64,000 bases of DNA from Candidatus Latescibacterota bacterium (lineage in GTDB: Bacteria > Latescibacterota > UBA2968 > GCA-2709665): contig CBDDDZ010000005.1 of NCBI GenBank assembly GCA_965226795.1, positions 32,001 through 96,000 on the forward strand, in the 5' to 3' direction. Position numbers and translations under genes: made by a program. The notes below the pieces were generated by a model that saw only the letters and a list, made by a program, of their open reading frames with translations, had not been told where the DNA came from and searched no databases. Below are positions 40,279 to 50,465 of the stretch, piece by piece. How positions within the stretch are numbered: the first letter of the stretch is position 1; each line of letters begins with the position of its first letter.

Positions 40279-40320
40279 CTGAGCTTGTCGAAGTGGCCTG
40301 TCGAAGCAAGCTTGTCGAAA
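40279..40320. repeat. Short tandem (GAGC)TTGTCGAA REP-like repeats; same family as 50140-50266
   Basis: CTGAGCTTGTCGAAG, GCCTGTCGAAG, AGCTTGTCGAAA. Confidence 0.55.
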
Positions 40321-40384
40321 TGCCAGTGTTTCGCTACCTGTGAGGTATAAGTTCCACCACTCCCTAACGTCCCCTATTCCCTTG

Positions 40385-40633
40385 CCCTTTTTCTTGCATC
40401 GCCCAAGAAAAAGGGCGAAAAAGAAGGGCGCCGCTCGGCGCGGGGCCGGTTTTTCCGCAAATCACCTCAGTGGCACAGACGAACCTTGGTACCCTGCTGA
40501 CGATGCAGGCCTTCTAGAACGCCCTTGCTGAACGGATCTACGCGGAAAAACCCCCATCGCCACCACCGGGCGCTTGATAGGGCCGCGCCATTCGGGGGCC
40601 AAATTTCGGCATTCTATTTCCGGGACAGAACAC
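40385..40633. mobile_element. Composite of two truncated repeat elements (34.1-kb element left end plus MITE right end)
   Basis: 40385-40556 matches 34135-34340; 40568-40633 matches the MITE end ...TATTTCCGGGACAGAACAC. Confidence 0.65.
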
Positions 40634-40700
40634 TGGGCACGCATGAAACGGCATACGCGGCAAACGGACAAAGGATTCCCGGTTTGTCCGGTTGGATGAA

Positions 40701-41741
40701 TTATGTGCCTTGGAACCAGGCGCGGAAGGTGGGTCCGTAGGGCGATTGCGCCACGCCCTTCTCCGTGACGATGGCCGAGACCAGCCGCTGGGGCGTGACG
40801 TCGAAGGCCGGATTGTAAACGTTGACGCCTCCCGGGGCGGTTTGCCTGCCCATGCCGTGGGTGATTTCTTCCGGTCCGCGTTCTTCGATGGGAATCTCCT
40901 CCCCGCGGGGGAGGGACATGTCGATGGTGGAAAGAGGGGCCGCGACGTAGAAGGGTACGTTGTGTTCCCTCGCCACGATGGCCAGCCCGTAGGTGCCGAT
41001 TTTGTTGGCCACGTCGCCGTTGGCGGCAATGCGATCGGCGCCTACGATGACGCTGTCGATGTTCTTCTGCCTCAGGACCGTCGCTGCCATGCTGTCGCAG
41101 ATCACCGTGACGTCGATGCCGCTTTCCCGGAGTTCCCACGCAGTGAGCCGCGACCCCTGCAACAGGGGGCGGGTCTCATCGGCGAAGACGGCGACCTGTT
41201 TCCCGGCTTCGACGGCTGCATATATCACGGCCAGCGCCGTACCGTAATCCGCGGTGGCGAGGGCGCCCGCGTTGCAGTGGGTGAGTACGGTGGCGTTGTG
41301 GTTGAGCAGTCCGGCGCCGTTCCTGCCGATCTGCCGGCAGACTTTCCGGTCTTCCTCGAAGATTTCGTGCGCTTCCCGCAGCAGCCGGTCTCGAATCTCC
41401 GCAGGATGCTGAAGGGCGACTTCGTCGAGCCGCCTGCCCATCCGATCGAGCGCCCAGAAAAGGTTCACGGCCGTGGGCCTGGTGCGAGCCAGTCTCGCAA
41501 TTGCCTTCCTTGTCCCGGAGACGATATCCGCTCCCGAGGCAAGGGCTTCCCCTGCGCCGATAACGACACCGTACGCCGCGGCCACGCCGATGGCCGGGGC
41601 GCCCCGGACGCGAAGGCTCTCGATGGCTTCGGCAACGGTTTCCACGTCTCCGCATTCGATCCGAACGTATCGTTCAGGTAAAACGGTCTGGTCAATCAGC
41701 CGAAGGAAGTCGTTTTCCCAGGTGATGGTTGGAACGGGCAT
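40701..41741 (-). CDS. mtnA: S-methyl-5-thioribose-1-phosphate isomerase
   Basis: VRGAPAIG, RPTAVNL, THCNAGALAT, ETRPLLQGSRLT, ANKIGT, NPAFDVTP. Confidence 0.96.
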   Translation of the reverse strand: MPVPTITWENDFLRLIDQTVLPERYVRIECGDVETVAEAIESLRVRGAPAIGVAAAYGVVIGAGEALASGADIVSGTRKAIARLARTRPTAVNLFWALDRMGRRLDEVALQHPAEIRDRLLREAHEIFEEDRKVCRQIGRNGAGLLNHNATVLTHCNAGALATADYGTALAVIYAAVEAGKQVAVFADETRPLLQGSRLTAWELRESGIDVTVICDSMAATVLRQKNIDSVIVGADRIAANGDVANKIGTYGLAIVAREHNVPFYVAAPLSTIDMSLPRGEEIPIEERGPEEITHGMGRQTAPGGVNVYNPAFDVTPQRLVSAIVTEKGVAQSPYGPTFRAWFQGT

Positions 41742-41772
41742 CGGTCAGATCCGTCCGGTGTTTAAGAAGCTT

Positions 41773-42216
41773 CTAAAGATGATCCGAACGGCCTTCAATA
41801 GAGGATGTTTCTGCGACTGAGGGGTCTTCTTCGATCCGTTCGGATGGGGCGTCGCCCCAGAGGCGCTCGAGGCGGTAGAACGCCCGAGCCTTTGGCTGGA
41901 AGATGTGTACGACCACGTCGATATAGTCGAACAGAACCCAGATGCGTGATTCAAGGCCCTCAATATGCCACTGCCGGTAGCCAGCCGCTTTCGTGCCTTC
42001 CCGCAACGCGTCTGCCAGGGCCTTGACGTGTACGCTCGAAGTGCCTGTGCAGATGAGAAAGTAGTCCGCGACGTCGGAGACGGTGCGTAAATCGATCAGA
42101 AAAAGTTCTTCGCCTTTTCGGGACCGAAGGCATTCGATACAGAGATCCAGAATTTCGCGTATCTGATTGGACAATGCGGTTCCATTCCGTGCCAGGATTG
42201 AATAACTCACCTTCAT
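41773..42216 (-). CDS. rsfS: Ribosome silencing factor (Iojap)
   Basis: ADYFLICTGTS..HVKAL, WVLFDYIDVVVHIF...RAFYRLERLWGD. Confidence 0.93.
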   Translation of the reverse strand: MKVSYSILARNGTALSNQIREILDLCIECLRSRKGEELFLIDLRTVSDVADYFLICTGTSSVHVKALADALREGTKAAGYRQWHIEGLESRIWVLFDYIDVVVHIFQPKARAFYRLERLWGDAPSERIEEDPSVAETSSIEGRSDHL

Positions 42217-42236
42217 TGGGTGTGCCGCGTCTGACG

Positions 42237-42770
42237 TTATTGTCGCCGTCGATCGCGGGAGAAGACACCCAGACGGTCATAATCCATGCCTACAATGACC
42301 GCGACCTGTTCCATGAGGTAAGGGTCCTGGACGATCTGTTGTATATGTGTCCGAAGCCCCATTGCGCTGGCCACCCTGCGGGCGTTTTCAAGGTTGCCCG
42401 TCCGGTCGATGACGATGGTTTCGGGATAGTTGAAGCTGTCGGCGTTCTTCCACGTCATGACGTCGAAACCGGCATCACGCAGATGACGACTCACTTTTTC
42501 CGCGATACCGGAAACGCCGCAGCCGTTGAGTACTTCGATGCGGATTACCTTGAACGAATCCGGCTTTGGTCCGGCGAGCGGTTCCGGCTTCGGTGCGGCG
42601 GAAAGTTCAGGCTTCGCCCTGGCAGGAGGCTCAGGCTTCGGCCCGGCGACAGGTTCCGACTTCAATTCGACGGGAGGGGGTTTCGACGGCAGGCGTCGCT
42701 GGATGTCGAGGGCGACGAGCGCTGCAAAGGCCAACGCCGCCAGAGCAGGCAACACGATTTTTCGTGACAT
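42237..42770 (-). CDS. LytR C-terminal domain protein with N-terminal membrane anchor and Pro-rich linker
   Basis: IRIEVLNGCGVSGIA, VIVGMD; KPEP-type 8-aa repeats. Confidence 0.85.
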   Translation of the reverse strand: MSRKIVLPALAALAFAALVALDIQRRLPSKPPPVELKSEPVAGPKPEPPARAKPELSAAPKPEPLAGPKPDSFKVIRIEVLNGCGVSGIAEKVSRHLRDAGFDVMTWKNADSFNYPETIVIDRTGNLENARRVASAMGLRTHIQQIVQDPYLMEQVAVIVGMDYDRLGVFSRDRRRQ

Positions 42771-42855
42771 GTGCTATGCCCGAAAAACGGAACGGGACAC
42801 TGCCCGGACCGGCCGGACGCATGTCCCGTTTGTAGGAGTAACCGGGAGATGAATA

Positions 42856-43332
42856 TCAATACCGATATCTGCCTCTGGATCGACCATAGGGCAAATTGCT
42901 GAACTGAATTTCGATTTGGATGTTTTCCCTGGGCTGGTAAAACATGCCAACATATGGAATGACAAGCTTCGTGTTGTTACCCAGAGAGGATCCGAAGGCG
43001 GAGTTGCCCTGAAGAACGTGTTCAAGGCCGACTTGCGCCTCGAACAACAGGGGCGTTTTCGAATTTGCGCGATAGCTGATGGTATTCAGATAGTACTGGC
43101 TTGCGCCACCGAAGGCGCCTGAACGGAAGTTGAATCCGACCGTGTTTTTGAACGAAAGCCGGCCGGAATCGAACAGACTCTTGAATTTATTGCCCAGCCC
43201 GAAGGGTTTGGGGGTAAAATCGACTGTTTTCAGGGCGGAAATGTTCGCCGGCCGGGGTTCCAGCCGAACTTCCGCAGAGGCCAGAGAGACTGTGAGAAAG
43301 AAAACCGCCAGTGCACCCGTTAGCATTTTCAT
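42856..43332 (-). CDS. Hypothetical exported protein
   Basis: GGAGG RBS, signal peptide ending ASA-E, beta-strand-rich sequence. Confidence 0.65.
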   Translation of the reverse strand: MKMLTGALAVFFLTVSLASAEVRLEPRPANISALKTVDFTPKPFGLGNKFKSLFDSGRLSFKNTVGFNFRSGAFGGASQYYLNTISYRANSKTPLLFEAQVGLEHVLQGNSAFGSSLGNNTKLVIPYVGMFYQPRENIQIEIQFSNLPYGRSRGRYRY

Positions 43333-43598
43333 TTGGTCATTCTCCTCCATTCCCGGTCTGAATCGAATCCGCAGACTGCAACAAAGAATACGACAATTGA
43401 ATTCGCTTGTCAAGGGCTATCGACGCCAATCAGCATCCGACGATTGTTGGACGTTTGACAGGCAAAAATGGTTCCATAATCCATCTACCGGCGTTACCGC
43501 ACCGTTGAACAGCCCTGTGCCACGCATCCGGCGTGCCCGTTGAAAATGCCCCGCCTCGTAATTCAGGCATACGCGCCTGAACGTTACTTGCGGATCGT

Positions 43599-44720
43599 CT
43601 ATGCCTCTTTCATAAGTTCCACAAACCGGTCGAAGAGATATTCGGCATCGTGCGGGCCGGCGGATGCTTCCGGGTGATATTGTACGCAGAAGACGGGCAG
43701 GCGCTTGTGTCTCAACCCTTCCAGGGTGTTGTCGTTCAAGTTGATGTGGGTGACTTCCATCTCCCGGTGATCCAGCGAATCCGCGTCGACGGCGAACCCA
43801 TGGTTCTGGGACGTGATTTCCACCTTGCCGGTATCCAGTTCTCTGACAGGCTGGTTGGCGCCGCGGTGACCGAATTTGAGTTTGTACGTTTTTCCGCCAA
43901 GGGCCAGACCCAGAAGCTGATGGCCAAGACAGATGCCGAATGTGGGTTTGACGTGCATGAGCTGTCTGATGTTCTCCACCGCGTACGTGAGCGGCTCGGG
44001 GTCGCCGGGCCCGTTCGACAGGAAGATTCCGTCCGGATCGATTTCGAGCAGTTGATCCGCAGGGGCGTCCGCCGGAAAAACAGTGACGTCGCAGCCCCGG
44101 CTGACGAGGTGCCGGAGGATGTTCCGCTTGACGCCGAAATCGTAGACGGCCACACGGAAAAGGGGGTTTTCGCGGAGCATATCCGCACGTCCGCTTACAT
44201 AGTCGAACAGGCCTTCGGTCCAGCGGTAGGGTTCGCTGCAACCTGCCGCGCGGGCGAGGTCACGTCCCACCATACTCGGCGACTTTCGGGCCTTTTCTAC
44301 GAGGCTTTCCCGGTCCCGGTCCAGGGTGGACAGGACGCTTTTCATGGCGCCTTCCGTACGGATGCGCCGCGTGAGAGCCCGGGTGTCGATCCCCTGTATG
44401 CCGAGGACGTCGTGGCGTTTCAGGTAGTTCCCGAGGGATTCGCAGGAGCGCCAGTTGCTGGGTAGTTCGCAGTATTCCCTGACGACGAATCCTTCCACCT
44501 GGGGCCGCCCGGACTCGACGTCGTTCGGATTGACGCCGTAGTTTCCGATGAGGGGGTAGGTCATCGTGACAATTTGACCCTTGTAGGAGGGATCGGTGAG
44601 AATTTCCTGATAGCCGGTGATGCTGGTGTTGAAGACGACCTCGCCCTCGCATTCACCGGACGCGCCGAAGGATTCTCCCTCGTAGCAGGTACCGTCCTCC
44701 AGAGCAAGTATGGCTTTCAT
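43599..44720 (-). CDS. carA: Carbamoyl-phosphate synthase small subunit
   Basis: GEVVFNT..TGYQE..TDPSY, SNGPGDP, GICLGHQ, QYHPE. Confidence 0.97.
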   Translation of the reverse strand: MKAILALEDGTCYEGESFGASGECEGEVVFNTSITGYQEILTDPSYKGQIVTMTYPLIGNYGVNPNDVESGRPQVEGFVVREYCELPSNWRSCESLGNYLKRHDVLGIQGIDTRALTRRIRTEGAMKSVLSTLDRDRESLVEKARKSPSMVGRDLARAAGCSEPYRWTEGLFDYVSGRADMLRENPLFRVAVYDFGVKRNILRHLVSRGCDVTVFPADAPADQLLEIDPDGIFLSNGPGDPEPLTYAVENIRQLMHVKPTFGICLGHQLLGLALGGKTYKLKFGHRGANQPVRELDTGKVEITSQNHGFAVDADSLDHREMEVTHINLNDNTLEGLRHKRLPVFCVQYHPEASAGPHDAEYLFDRFVELMKEA

Positions 44721-44803
44721 CGGTGGGGTTCACTCCTCAGGGAGGTTGGCAGGCATGTATATTTCAAGGTCGCGGGAGTCTTGTTCTACATGTGTTGTTC
44801 ACG

Positions 44804-46123
44804 TCATGCGTCTCCGGCCGGTTCATCGCCGTCGTCTCCGGCCCGGTGCGTCACGCGTCCCCCGAGGATTGTCAGAACGGCTCTGCCGGTCAACGTGTAC
44901 CCGTGAAAGGGCGTGTTCCGGGACCTCGAACGGAACGCGTGGGCGTCAACGGTCCAGGAACACGATGGATCGATTACCGAGACATCTCCCGGCGTGCCGG
45001 GAGAGAGGGTGCCGCCTGCTATCCCCAGGATCCGGGCGGGTGTCGCGGTGAGTTTGCGGATAACTTCGGATGCCGGAAGGATGCCGGGCTCAACCAGGTG
45101 GGTGAAAAGGGTTCCCACGGCGGTTTCCAGCCCCAGAATTCCGTTGGGCGCTTCGGGGAAGCGCTGGTGTTTTTCCTGAACGGTGTGCGGCGCATGGTCT
45201 GTGGCAAGAACGTCTATGGTACCGTCGGCCAGGCCCTCCAAGAGGGCATCGCGATCGTCTGCCGAACGCAGGGGGGGGCTCATCTTGCCCTGGGTACCGT
45301 AAACGCGCACGTCTTCGTCCGTGAGCGCGATGTGGTGCGGTGTGGCTTCGCAGGTGACGGCCAGGCCCTCGGACTTGGCCCGGCGCACGAGGTTCACGGC
45401 ACGGCGAACACTGATGTGGAGGATATGCAGGCGGCCGCCGACGGCGCGCATCAGGTTGATATCGCGCTCCACCAAGGCGGCTTCGCCTTCGGCCGGCATG
45501 CCATCGATTCCCAGTTCGCGCGAGACGGCGCCTTCGTGCATGTGCCCGCCTCTTGTGAGCGCGAACACCTCGGAGTGCGGGCAGACCGGAAAACCGTGCT
45601 GTTCCGACCGGCGCAGGAGATCGCGCATAACGGCGTCTGACTCTATAGGAAGACCGTCGTCGGAGAAACCGACGGCGCCGGCATCGATCAACGCCCGGAT
45701 GTCCGTGAGTTTTGCCCCTTGCATCCCTTTTGTCGCGCAGGCGATCGGATAGACCCTTGCATCCGCCTGTTTGGCCTTATTCAGAATGTATTCGACGGCT
45801 TCCGGGGAATCGATTGGCGGGTCGGTGTTGGGAAGGCAGGCTACTGCGGTAAATCCTCCGGCCGCCGCGGCCCGGCACCCGGTTTCCAGTGTTTCCTTCT
45901 CGGGAAACCCCGGATCCCGCAAGTGGACGTGCATGTCGATGAGGCCAGGTGCGACCAGGTTTCCGGTGACGTCGATGACGTGGGCATCGGCCGGGGGTTC
46001 GATTCCTGCGGCAATACGGTCGAGGCGGCCGTTCAGGATCAGAAGATCCGCGGACGTATCCACTGCATTGGCGGGATCGATGATCCGGCCGTTTTTGAGG
46101 AGAATTGGGGTGGCCGTGCTCAT
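44804..46123 (-). CDS. pyrC: Dihydroorotase (long type)
   Basis: DMHVHLRDPG, AAAAGGFT, PNTDP, FSDDG, ATDHAPH, SRNTPF. Confidence 0.93.
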   Translation of the reverse strand: MSTATPILLKNGRIIDPANAVDTSADLLILNGRLDRIAAGIEPPADAHVIDVTGNLVAPGLIDMHVHLRDPGFPEKETLETGCRAAAAGGFTAVACLPNTDPPIDSPEAVEYILNKAKQADARVYPIACATKGMQGAKLTDIRALIDAGAVGFSDDGLPIESDAVMRDLLRRSEQHGFPVCPHSEVFALTRGGHMHEGAVSRELGIDGMPAEGEAALVERDINLMRAVGGRLHILHISVRRAVNLVRRAKSEGLAVTCEATPHHIALTDEDVRVYGTQGKMSPPLRSADDRDALLEGLADGTIDVLATDHAPHTVQEKHQRFPEAPNGILGLETAVGTLFTHLVEPGILPASEVIRKLTATPARILGIAGGTLSPGTPGDVSVIDPSCSWTVDAHAFRSRSRNTPFHGYTLTGRAVLTILGGRVTHRAGDDGDEPAGDA

Positions 46124-46299
46124 TCGGGGACGGGGCGGCGACAGTCGAGGGATTTTGGATGCAAAGTTACCGCCGGGGGCCATTTCTGTCAAGCGGATTC
46201 CTTCGAAGAAAGGCGGATCGGCTTCACTCGGCTTGCTGTTTCGCAGGACCGTGCGTATCTTGGTCTAAAACTCGCGTCGGATTCGAATGGAGGCATACA

Positions 46300-47430
46300 A
46301 TGGTTTCGGTATTTCTGATAGCGCCGGTTCTTGTGGCGGTGTTGCTGGGTCCATCGAGGGCCGAAGGGTCTGAGTGGGACGATCCCGTCCTGCCCTTTCG
46401 TGCGATGCCCGGACCGGAAGATTTGAAGATCTCATCCGAAGAGGACGAGGGATTCCTGGAGGAGGTGCTGCGCGGCATCTTTCCGGAAGGAACGGAGGGA
46501 TTGACGGACGAGCAGAAGGGGATCGCGATTCTGCGGTACGCGTCATCGGCGCTGGAACTGAAGAACAACGGCGGGTCCGCCACGAAGATTATCAGGGAGG
46601 GCTACGCGATCTGCGGCGGGCTCTCGCACGTGCATCGGGTGCTTTGCCGAATGGTCGGACTGCCTTCCCGGTATATCGGCGCGTTCAATCTCCGTCCCAT
46701 CATGGGCAGCCACGCAATCAGCGAGGTGTATTATGGCGGGAAATGGCACTTGCTGGACCCCACGTTCGGTCTCTTCTTCTATTCGAAAAAGCAGTATGAC
46801 GGCACGGGAGAAATCGCGTCTTTTCACGATCTTGTGATGGCGCCGGACCAATGGACGGCGTTCAAGGTGGTGGATCGGCCCTGGATCGGCCGGTACGACG
46901 ATGCGGTGCGGGCGTATGGGGTTGCGGCGGCGGAAGAGGATTATCTGAAGGATGTGTACAGGACGTCGATTCTGGAACTCTACGGGAAGTACGCGGCCGA
47001 GGCATTTCCGATCGCTTACGGACATCGCGACCCGGTGTCCTATCCGGTCGACGCGGACCTGACGGAAGGGGAAGAGATGCGGGTTGGCGAGGTGGACGGG
47101 AATTCCGTGGACGTGCTGAGAATGGTGACGAACGGGTCCGCTTACGTGGGCGGCCACTACCTGGGCGGGTCGTATCCGCCCGGGTTTCATACCTGGTCGA
47201 TCAGGACGCCGGGGCCGTGTCGTCTGCGGATCGAGTATTTCAGTACCCAGGACAACCCGCCCGGCCTCAAGCCGTCTCCTTTGAAAGCCGCGCGAATCGT
47301 CTCCGTTCACACCGGGGGGAGAAGGGTCGCTATCGACCTCCAGGCGATTGGGCCGGAGGTAATAGTGTCGGTATATTGCCCTGAAGGCACGTTTGCCGTG
47401 GATGCCGTTCGGGCTGTGCGGGTGCGCTGA
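46300..47430 (+). CDS. Exported transglutaminase-like domain protein
   Basis: Signal peptide; GYAICGG...SHAISEVYYGGKWHLLDPT (Cys-His-Asp triad); GGAGG RBS. Confidence 0.82.
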   Translation: MVSVFLIAPVLVAVLLGPSRAEGSEWDDPVLPFRAMPGPEDLKISSEEDEGFLEEVLRGIFPEGTEGLTDEQKGIAILRYASSALELKNNGGSATKIIREGYAICGGLSHVHRVLCRMVGLPSRYIGAFNLRPIMGSHAISEVYYGGKWHLLDPTFGLFFYSKKQYDGTGEIASFHDLVMAPDQWTAFKVVDRPWIGRYDDAVRAYGVAAAEEDYLKDVYRTSILELYGKYAAEAFPIAYGHRDPVSYPVDADLTEGEEMRVGEVDGNSVDVLRMVTNGSAYVGGHYLGGSYPPGFHTWSIRTPGPCRLRIEYFSTQDNPPGLKPSPLKAARIVSVHTGGRRVAIDLQAIGPEVIVSVYCPEGTFAVDAVRAVRVR

Positions 47431-47617
47431 ATGGGTCCGCCGCCGGAGACCCTGTATCCGGAAAGCACGACAACCGTTTTTCCAGGATATTCATCAGCAT
47501 CGGCGGGGTATCCCATGCGCCCCCGGCATTGCAGGTCGGGGCCGCGGGACGACGTTGGTTGATCCTGAACTTGCTCAAGGATATGATTGGTGAACTCGTA
47601 TCGGATGGAGTGCGAAA

Positions 47618-50125
47618 ATGATTCAGATCTTGCGTGAGAAATATCCCCGGCTGTATCGTCCGGTCGACGATCCGCAATACAGGTTCGAACCGCCGGGGGA
47701 TGGGGCGCGAAGACAAATTCTCCATAACATCCTCGCGGATTGCGAGATTTATTATCCTCAACGTCCATGGAAACGGATTCCGGAACGACCGCATAGCCCG
47801 CACCCGTACCACCAGCTGTACCTCACGTTCTATACGGGGATGCACGCAACCGCGCTGATGGAGAATTATGCGTTCGCCTGGCGGCTGACAGGAGATCCGC
47901 GCTGGTTGAAACGGGCCAGGGATTGGCTGCGCGCGACGTCGGAATGGGAGCATAGCGACCGGGTGGAGGAGCATTTCTATACGGCCAACCGGTATATGCA
48001 GGCATTTGCGCTGGCGCTGGATCTGCTCGACGACGCGCTGCAGGACGTTGAGAAAGAACAGGCCACCGACTGCCTGGTTCGGCTGATGAACCGCTGGTGG
48101 CCGGACGTGGAACGGTCCAGGCATTCCTCGGATGGTCGACATCACGCCGTGGTGGACAACGGGCATTTCGGCGTGGCGGCCCTGTATCTGCTGGGAAAAC
48201 ACCCCGATGCGGAAGCCTGGGTATCGGCCGTGATCGACCGGTTTCGCAACGGGGTGATGCCCCACGGCTGCGGGCGGGACGGCGAGCCCGGCGACGGGCC
48301 CACGTTCTGGCCGTGGGAGAATCTGTGGATGCTTCACTTTGCCGACGCGCTTAGAAACGTGACCGGTGAAGATCTCTACAAGGATTTCCCTAAGCGGCTG
48401 GAGCGGCCCTTGAAGTGGTTTCGGTATCACCTGGCGCCGCCGAAGGTGATCGAAGACAGGCTGTATTATCCGCAGAATTCAAATGTGATATCGGGCAGTC
48501 AGCTCGACGCGTGTTCAGTCACCCTGCTTCGCCTGGCGCAGGAGGCCGGGGACGCGGAGATGCGTGACGCGGCGCTGGGCGATCCCAGACTGGGAAGGCT
48601 GTACAGATTCGGAATGGGCGTGAAGGGCACCATGGCGGAGTGTATGGTCGCTTACGGCCCGTATGCTTATTGCTATTGTGATCCGGAGTTCCGGCCCTCG
48701 CGTCGCAGGGCTGAATTGCCACTCTCCAGAATGTTCATGAGGGCGCACTATGGCGAGTCAGGGCTATTGCGCAGCAGTTGGAGCACGGACGCGGTCGTCT
48801 GCAGCGTGGCGGGATACAAGGGCGGGGGCGCGCATGGGTTCATGAATCTGCACGCGCAGTGGGCCGGATATCCGGTTTTGCAGTCGATCTCCGCGGAGGA
48901 GGCGCAGCCAGTCGCCTGCGGAAGTCTTCCCTTCGTGGGCGGACAGAACGAGATCGTCGCGTTTCTGGGGCGGCTGCATTCGGGGGTGCGGACCGACCGG
49001 TTACGCGTCCGGTCCATTCGAACCGATCATGAATACTGGTTGTTGAAGGGGGCGTCTCCAATCCTGGTGACGGCTTTGAGACGCCGGCGCCGTGGGGTGA
49101 AGTTGATGCGTAAAGGGGATGATGGCTTCGTGCGATTGAATGGACGGGACTATCTGCAATACGAACGCGAGCCGTACTTCAATCCCAGGGCGGGTGAATT
49201 GAGGATGCGTTTTCGGCTGAACGGTGTGAGCCGGGAAGACGGCCCAGGGGTTCTCTTCAATACGGGAATCGGCGTGGGGCGAGTCATGGGGAGCCGGGTG
49301 AATAACTATTCGCTGGTAATGATGGACGGGAACGCGCTGACATTTGCCGTGCAGAGCCAGCGGAACACGTCGGTGGAGGTGGTATCGTCGGAGAAGATCG
49401 AACCCGCCAGATGGCACGATGCGGCAATCCGATGGGGCGGGTTCAATCGGAAGGGAGACAATCCATTTATAGAGATCGAAGTGGATGGTCACCGGGAACG
49501 GTGCGACGACCCTGCGGTCTTCGGTGAACTGGGGGTGGATTCTCAGAACCTGGAGTCGCGTTCGGATCCCAGGACGTTCTACATCAAGTCGAATACCGTG
49601 CTGGCCTTCGGCGGTGCGGTACAGATGCCGGGGACGGGGCTGAAATACGACCTCGACATGGTGGACCTGAAGTGCCCGGGGCGAAAGCGGTTGAGATTGG
49701 ATTTCGAGAAGGAACTGGGCCCCGAAACCGGAAGCGCCGCGCTGGGATGGAAGTTGAACCCGGTGGATCTACGCGAGGTACGGTCGAATCTCGCACGGTT
49801 CGGCGCAGGGGAACGGACGATCGATACGCTCCCGCTTTACGGCGAGGATGCCGGTTTCGAGCAGGAGGAGGTCCCCTTCGCGCCCGCCGGACTCGCGGCG
49901 GGGAGCCTGAAGAGCTTTGTCCCGGGGGGTCGGGATGCGAGTACCCGTTTACAGCTGTCGACCCACGGAGATATCCTGGTGTTTGCTTTCGTAGACCGCC
50001 AATTGGATGCACGAGTCCTGTCCGGCGAGAACGGGTTTGAGATTGCCGCCGGAAGAGAGCGGTACGCGTTCGAAGTAAACAGGACCGGCGAGGAGATCCT
50101 GACAATTATTACGGGGAGCACCTGA
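47618..50125 (+). CDS. Heparinase II/III-like (alpha/alpha toroid plus beta-sandwich) protein with LamG-like insertion
   Basis: AFAWRLTGDPRWLKRARDWL, HHAVV, DGEPGDGPTFW, LLRSSW, and LamG-like WHDAAIRW...IEVDG. Confidence 0.6.
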   Translation: MIQILREKYPRLYRPVDDPQYRFEPPGDGARRQILHNILADCEIYYPQRPWKRIPERPHSPHPYHQLYLTFYTGMHATALMENYAFAWRLTGDPRWLKRARDWLRATSEWEHSDRVEEHFYTANRYMQAFALALDLLDDALQDVEKEQATDCLVRLMNRWWPDVERSRHSSDGRHHAVVDNGHFGVAALYLLGKHPDAEAWVSAVIDRFRNGVMPHGCGRDGEPGDGPTFWPWENLWMLHFADALRNVTGEDLYKDFPKRLERPLKWFRYHLAPPKVIEDRLYYPQNSNVISGSQLDACSVTLLRLAQEAGDAEMRDAALGDPRLGRLYRFGMGVKGTMAECMVAYGPYAYCYCDPEFRPSRRRAELPLSRMFMRAHYGESGLLRSSWSTDAVVCSVAGYKGGGAHGFMNLHAQWAGYPVLQSISAEEAQPVACGSLPFVGGQNEIVAFLGRLHSGVRTDRLRVRSIRTDHEYWLLKGASPILVTALRRRRRGVKLMRKGDDGFVRLNGRDYLQYEREPYFNPRAGELRMRFRLNGVSREDGPGVLFNTGIGVGRVMGSRVNNYSLVMMDGNALTFAVQSQRNTSVEVVSSEKIEPARWHDAAIRWGGFNRKGDNPFIEIEVDGHRERCDDPAVFGELGVDSQNLESRSDPRTFYIKSNTVLAFGGAVQMPGTGLKYDLDMVDLKCPGRKRLRLDFEKELGPETGSAALGWKLNPVDLREVRSNLARFGAGERTIDTLPLYGEDAGFEQEEVPFAPAGLAAGSLKSFVPGGRDASTRLQLSTHGDILVFAFVDRQLDARVLSGENGFEIAAGRERYAFEVNRTGEEILTIITGST

Positions 50126-50139
50126 TAGTTTACACCGGC

Positions 50140-50266
50140 CCTTCGCCGACCCTTCGACCCTTCGACAGGCTCAGGGACCGCAAGCTCAGGGCAGGGCTTA
50201 TGGGCAAAGCCTCAGAGTGCAGGCTCAATGACGTTCGTTGAGCTTGTCGAAACGAGCTTGTCGAAA
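50140..50266. repeat. REP-like cluster CCTTCGAC(AG)GCTCAG / GAGCTTGTCGAA
   Basis: CCCTTCGACCCTTCGACAGGCTCAGGG...TTGAGCTTGTCGAAACGAGCTTGTCGAAA. Confidence 0.6.
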
Positions 50267-50465
50267 TGCGCGTATCGACAGTCCTTTGCCGACCCGTTGA
50301 TAGCAGATTACAACCGTGGCCGCATTCCTCAATAAGAAGAGCGGCTTTTTTAGTAAGGTAGAAACTTAAGCGCCGATAAATGAAGCAAATTTTCAACTCG
50401 ACCCGTTTCGAACCGTTTCGACGCTTACCTTATCTCTTTGAAAAAGAGAGCCACGTCATCTGGTT

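Noticed and set aside
14445..48430. Long antisense or alternate-frame ORFs (e.g. 14445-15428, 23031-24338, 31813-33138, 36310-37467, 47330-48430)
   Set aside because: They shadow well-supported genes in GC-rich DNA and show no recognisable motifs.
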